A stretch of 35,880 nt of DNA. It comes from Octopus bimaculoides (taxonomy: Eukaryota). The stretch is from NCBI RefSeq assembly GCF_001194135.2, contig NC_068981.1:8793663-8829542 (forward strand). Direction: 5' to 3'. A program made the translations under genes and the position numbers. How positions within the stretch are numbered: position 1 is the first letter of the stretch; each line of letters starts with the position of its first letter. This document shows, piece after piece, positions 32,560 through 35,880 of the stretch. Under the pieces are notes generated by a model. The model was not told where the DNA came from, did no database searches, and saw nothing but the letters and a program-made list of their open reading frames with translations.

Positions 32560-33990
32560 CTCTCCTCAGCCAGCTGACGCCAGCCCACTCGCGCCATATT
32601 CATTTACTTTTCAATAAATTTACTGGTGGGTGGTGGGGTTCAACATATCCCTTTCAACCTTAATCTTTCTTTTCAAAACGGAATTATTTTTAAAAAGACG
32701 ATAATACCGAAAACAAGAGCGCTCGTCTTCTGTCTTTTCAGTCTCGACACAATCTCTTTCTCCAGCAAACAGAGAGAAAAAAACGCCTGCGTTTCCCAAC
32801 CGAAGGAAGGCAGCGGGTGATCTTCACGATGGAATTGGCCGATAGCCAGATCCATCCTACACGTAATGATGACTGTTTGACATAATTCTATAACTCAATA
32901 ATTTCCGAACATTCTACGAGTGCGTGAAGAGCAGTTTTATTGCCTTACGCGCATCTCGTGCAGGCTTGTGATGGCACACTATCATACCTGTTGAGTTTAT
33001 CCCGAACCGGCAATACGGCTCCACTCCCACATTCCGGTAGTACTGCAAGGTTAGAGATTTTCTGAAAATTATCCATGGGCCCCGGCCCGAAAATCCTCCA
33101 GAAAAGACCTGCCAGTTGATTGTCATCAACATCCAAAGTTTCTCCGAGGACGTCGTCGCTCTTAGCCACCAATAACCTTCTACAGAACGCCCGACTGGTA
33201 TCGGGCTTTGAGTATCTAATGGCTCTCAAGGTGCAGGTGTCCTGCCTCGGTCTACGTTTGATCCAGAACTGCATCACTGACAAAAAGACGAGCTGTGGAA
33301 AAGCGCTTCCAACAAGCAGCAACAACACCTGATCATCATCAAGAAAATGTGGAAAATGCCGAAGCCTCAACACGTGTCGGTGCATCATCAGCGACGGCAT
33401 GCCCAGTCGATCAAGCAGTGGATGTTACAACGAATGGACCGTCCGACCAGCAGAATGCATCCTATCCACATAAAGCGAAAGAGCAAGCTTTCCATTCTGA
33501 ATGCGGAGTAGGTATTCATCATCTCCGTCCGGCCCTTCATGAATAGTTCCATCTCATCCTAGTTTTGAGTGAAACAAACCTTATCCAAGTTTTTGTCCAC
33601 CTGGAAGTGCGAAGCAAACCAAATCCCGCGCAATTTAATCAGTTCGTCACCCTACGAAGCTTTTGGATGGCATGGACCTGCCTTCCCAGCTGCCGAACTG
33701 CAGGTTCATTGACTTCTTTGAGTTAATTTTCTCTCCTATCATATTCTCGTAGTTCCTCATCGACCACCTCGATGCGTTTGTGTCCGACACTGTAACGGTG
33801 ATGTCGTCCGCATATGCAAACACGAATCTTCCGCACCCTTGTTCTCCAATTGCTACTGTAGTGACCTTAGGGTCAGTACTTACTGAATGGGTCCTTGCCG
33901 AACGCATGGTACTGAATGGTTCCGACTGCTGGCCATTTAGTCTGACCATTGAGTAAGTGTCGCTCTACATGGTAGTGATCCTGCCTCTAG
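32560..33990 (-). mobile_element. 5'-truncated, degraded L1/Tx1-clade LINE (RT plus zinc-binding C-terminus)
   Basis: RT motifs ITTM*SDTYSMVRLNGQQSEPFSTMRS and FAYADDIT (YADD at 33803-33814). C-terminal LPVRDKLNRY....CTRC....ALHALVEC and LKRKIKVER. Multiple stops and frameshifts. Confidence 0.85.
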
Positions 33991-34062
33991 ACACGAGTCC
34001 AATAGCTTTACATTTACCATTGTTCTTGTCTAGCAGAGCTTGTTCATGTCACTGGATCGCCT

Positions 34063-34276
34063 AAGGCGGCGAGCTGGCAGAATCGTTAGCACATTGGACG
34101 AAATGCTTTGCGGTATTTCGACCGCCGTTGCGTTCTGAATTCAAATCCGCCGAGGTCGACTTTCCCTTTCATCCTTTCGGGGTCGATTAAATAAGTACCA
34201 GTTACGCACTGGGGTCGATGTGATCGACTTAATCCCTTCTCCCAAAATTTGAAGACTTGTACTTCCAGTAGAAAGG

Positions 34277-34354
<78 letters not shown>

Positions 34355-34378
34355 GTTATTATTATTATCATCATTATT
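34063..34378 (+). mobile_element. Family A SINE with long (ATT)n tail (34277-34378)
   Basis: AAGGCGGCGAGCTGGCAGAATCGTTAGCAC...CCTTTCATCCTTTCGGGGTCGATTAAATAAGTACCAG...GTAGAAAGG(ATT)n. Confidence 0.9.
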
Positions 34379-34564
34379 GCCTTTGCACAGCTTCTAACGC
34401 TGGAGATGTACTAAGGTGTCAACTGTTCACTACCAGTGAACCAAGGTAACACCTCTTATATTTCGAGCACCTTCCAGAGTATTCGTGCGGTTCCAAGCTG
34501 TGCTGTTTTCTGCAAGTGCTCTACCCTTATTGCAGCCCCTATTTGTTCCATGCACTTCTCAAGA
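34379..34564 (-). mobile_element. R4/Dong-clade non-LTR retrotransposon 3' end (copy A)
   Basis: Encodes NLEKCMEQIGAAIRVEHLQKTAQLGTARILWKVLEI* (stop 34456-34458), then a short 3' UTR and (TAA)n. LQK.A.LGTARIL is characteristic of the R4/Dong REL C-terminus. Confidence 0.75.
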
Positions 34565-34613
<49 letters not shown>

Positions 34614-34985
34614 GAAGACGTCGCACAGTATCCAATATTTTGATGCAGATTGAAGATATTGTGTCTACTGGGGGTTTGTACTGTCTGTCAAGTCACATCA
34701 GGGTCCTCAAACCGACAGTACTTTACGCAATATGCGTGCAGTTCCAAGTTAAGCCAACTCTTGCAATACACCAAGATTGTAGGGTATTTCTAAAGAGTCC
34801 AGATGTTTTTTCAGGTTGGGTGGTATTGAACCCAATGCTCCGATGACAACAGGAACGACCTTTATGTTTTTACTCTCGCAGATGCCACACCTTGATAGGA
34901 TTTATGTGGGTAAGGGGTTACTACCTGTAACTTTAGGTATCCATAAGTCTTCAGCAGTCTTTCAAGTACTTAGAACCCTCTTAGT
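34614..34985 (-). mobile_element. R4/Dong-clade non-LTR retrotransposon 3' end (copy B, different subfamily)
   Basis: Encodes IKVVPVVIGALGSIPPNLKKHLDSLEIPYNLGVLQELA*LGTARILRKVLSV* (stop 34707-34709), followed by (TAA)n at 34565-34613. Confidence 0.78.
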
Positions 34986-35129
34986 ATATAGAGGTACGAA
35001 CAAATCTGCTGAAATCGGAAGAACTAAGAGCTTAGCTCCAAAACTTCGCGGTAAAGCAAATAAATACTGAATGATATTCATTGGCGACGCAAAGCGTTAT
35101 TTTCGGTGGAAACAGTAAATTACATTAAT

Positions 35130-35225
35130 CCAGCTCTGTGTCTGGGATTATTTTATCAACTCCCAGAAAAATGAAAGGCGAAGTCAACAGCAGTGTGATT
35201 TGAACTCAGAACGCAAGGGCTTAAA
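35130..35225 (-). mobile_element. Degenerate family A SINE fragment
   Basis: ATGAAAGGCGAAGTCAAC...GATTTGAACTCAGAACG is the reverse complement of the family A core. Confidence 0.65.
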
Positions 35226-35416
35226 ACTAATTACCACCAATTATATTGATGCCTAACATTGTGAAAAAGCCACAGAATTTGGGGAAGAATAAAAAATACC
35301 TGACGGTTGAAATGGGCCCCGGTATTTTGGCTTAGTGATATCGGTTGTGTTGGCACAGAGACAGAGATCTGGGTCCTTTTTATTTTTTCTAATATGAAGC
35401 TGTTGACTATGTAGTG

Positions 35417-35506
35417 GCGCGAAATTATAGCCGCCATTGAGGAAGTACTATTCTGCGCATGCGCAAGGGACTTCACCACCGGAAGCCCCTAGAGTGCGCA
35501 TGCGTA
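35417..35506. promoter_or_regulatory. Housekeeping-type promoter motif cluster (E2F, YY1, ETS x2, NRF1 x2); probable MEAK7 and/or bidirectional promoter
   Basis: Within 90 bp of CpG-rich DNA: GCGCGAAA (reverse complement TTTCGCGC, 35417-35424), GCCGCCATT (35430-35438), GAGGAAGT (35439-35446), perfect TGCGCATGCGCA (35454-35465), CCGGAAG (35479-35485) and TGCGCATGCGTA (35495-35506). Confidence 0.65.
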
Positions 35507-35880
35507 GTAAAATTAGTACTTAAAGAGTTTGTTTCACTTTCTAAGCCAGTTGAGCGAGAGACCTTCGACGTGACAACACCTCGCTCCTCATCAAAGCACT
35601 CTTCACCACAATGCTATCGATATGATAGCTATTTGCTCCTCTGGCATGCATCAAGGAAGCTCTTAATCTTCCAATACAGATTAGAAAATAATCAGCGGCT
35701 GCTAAGCTGAGTGACACAGGATTTATATAACCAAGCATCATCAAAAATAAAACTTATTTTTATTATGTTGTTAAATCGTTCTACTGTTCCTTAATATATA
35801 ATGCTGTTGGAGTGATGTCTCAATTTTACATATATCTCTATTGATCATTAAATATTCAGCGATTTGCTGTTTTGCCTTCA

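Noticed and set aside
35459-35744. 83-aa plus and 67-aa minus ORFs beside the promoter cluster
   Set aside because: No recognisable homology or splice support. They cannot be called as a divergent gene from this window.

Overview
This is AT-rich, repeat-dense eukaryotic genomic DNA. The SINE families, the RTE LINE with (GAT)n tails and the microsatellite load point to an octopod cephalopod (Octopus; inferred, not proven). The only host protein-coding gene I can reconstruct is MEAK7 (TLDC1/KIAA1609; N-myristoylation motif, TLDc domain) on the minus strand. It has 8 coding exons, join(complement(31995..32129,25957..26151,23810..23948,20305..20432,18241..18562,15092..15210,13906..14088,13649..13759)). 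All introns are GT-AG with matching phases, giving 1332 nt / 443 aa, of which 19 codons are hidden in an N gap. A housekeeping-type promoter motif cluster (E2F/YY1/ETS/NRF1) lies at about 35.42-35.51 kb. The rest is transposon debris: tRNA-derived SINEs, RTE, L1/Tx1, R4/Dong and Penelope-like remnants, two IS630-Tc1-mariner fragments, a minisatellite and many microsatellites. The most notable signals are Penelope-type minimal hammerhead ribozyme motifs. One is intact, sense to MEAK7 in intron 5, and sits in a fold-back pair of tRNA-headed elements; its inverted partner is degenerate; a third unrelated motif is at 4.85 kb. Also notable are a ~750-bp palindrome in intron 3, a codon-level duplication across the exon 4/5 junction, and Dong-type LINE ends stacked in a SINE's (ATT)n tail. 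All calls are by eye, and no searches were run.
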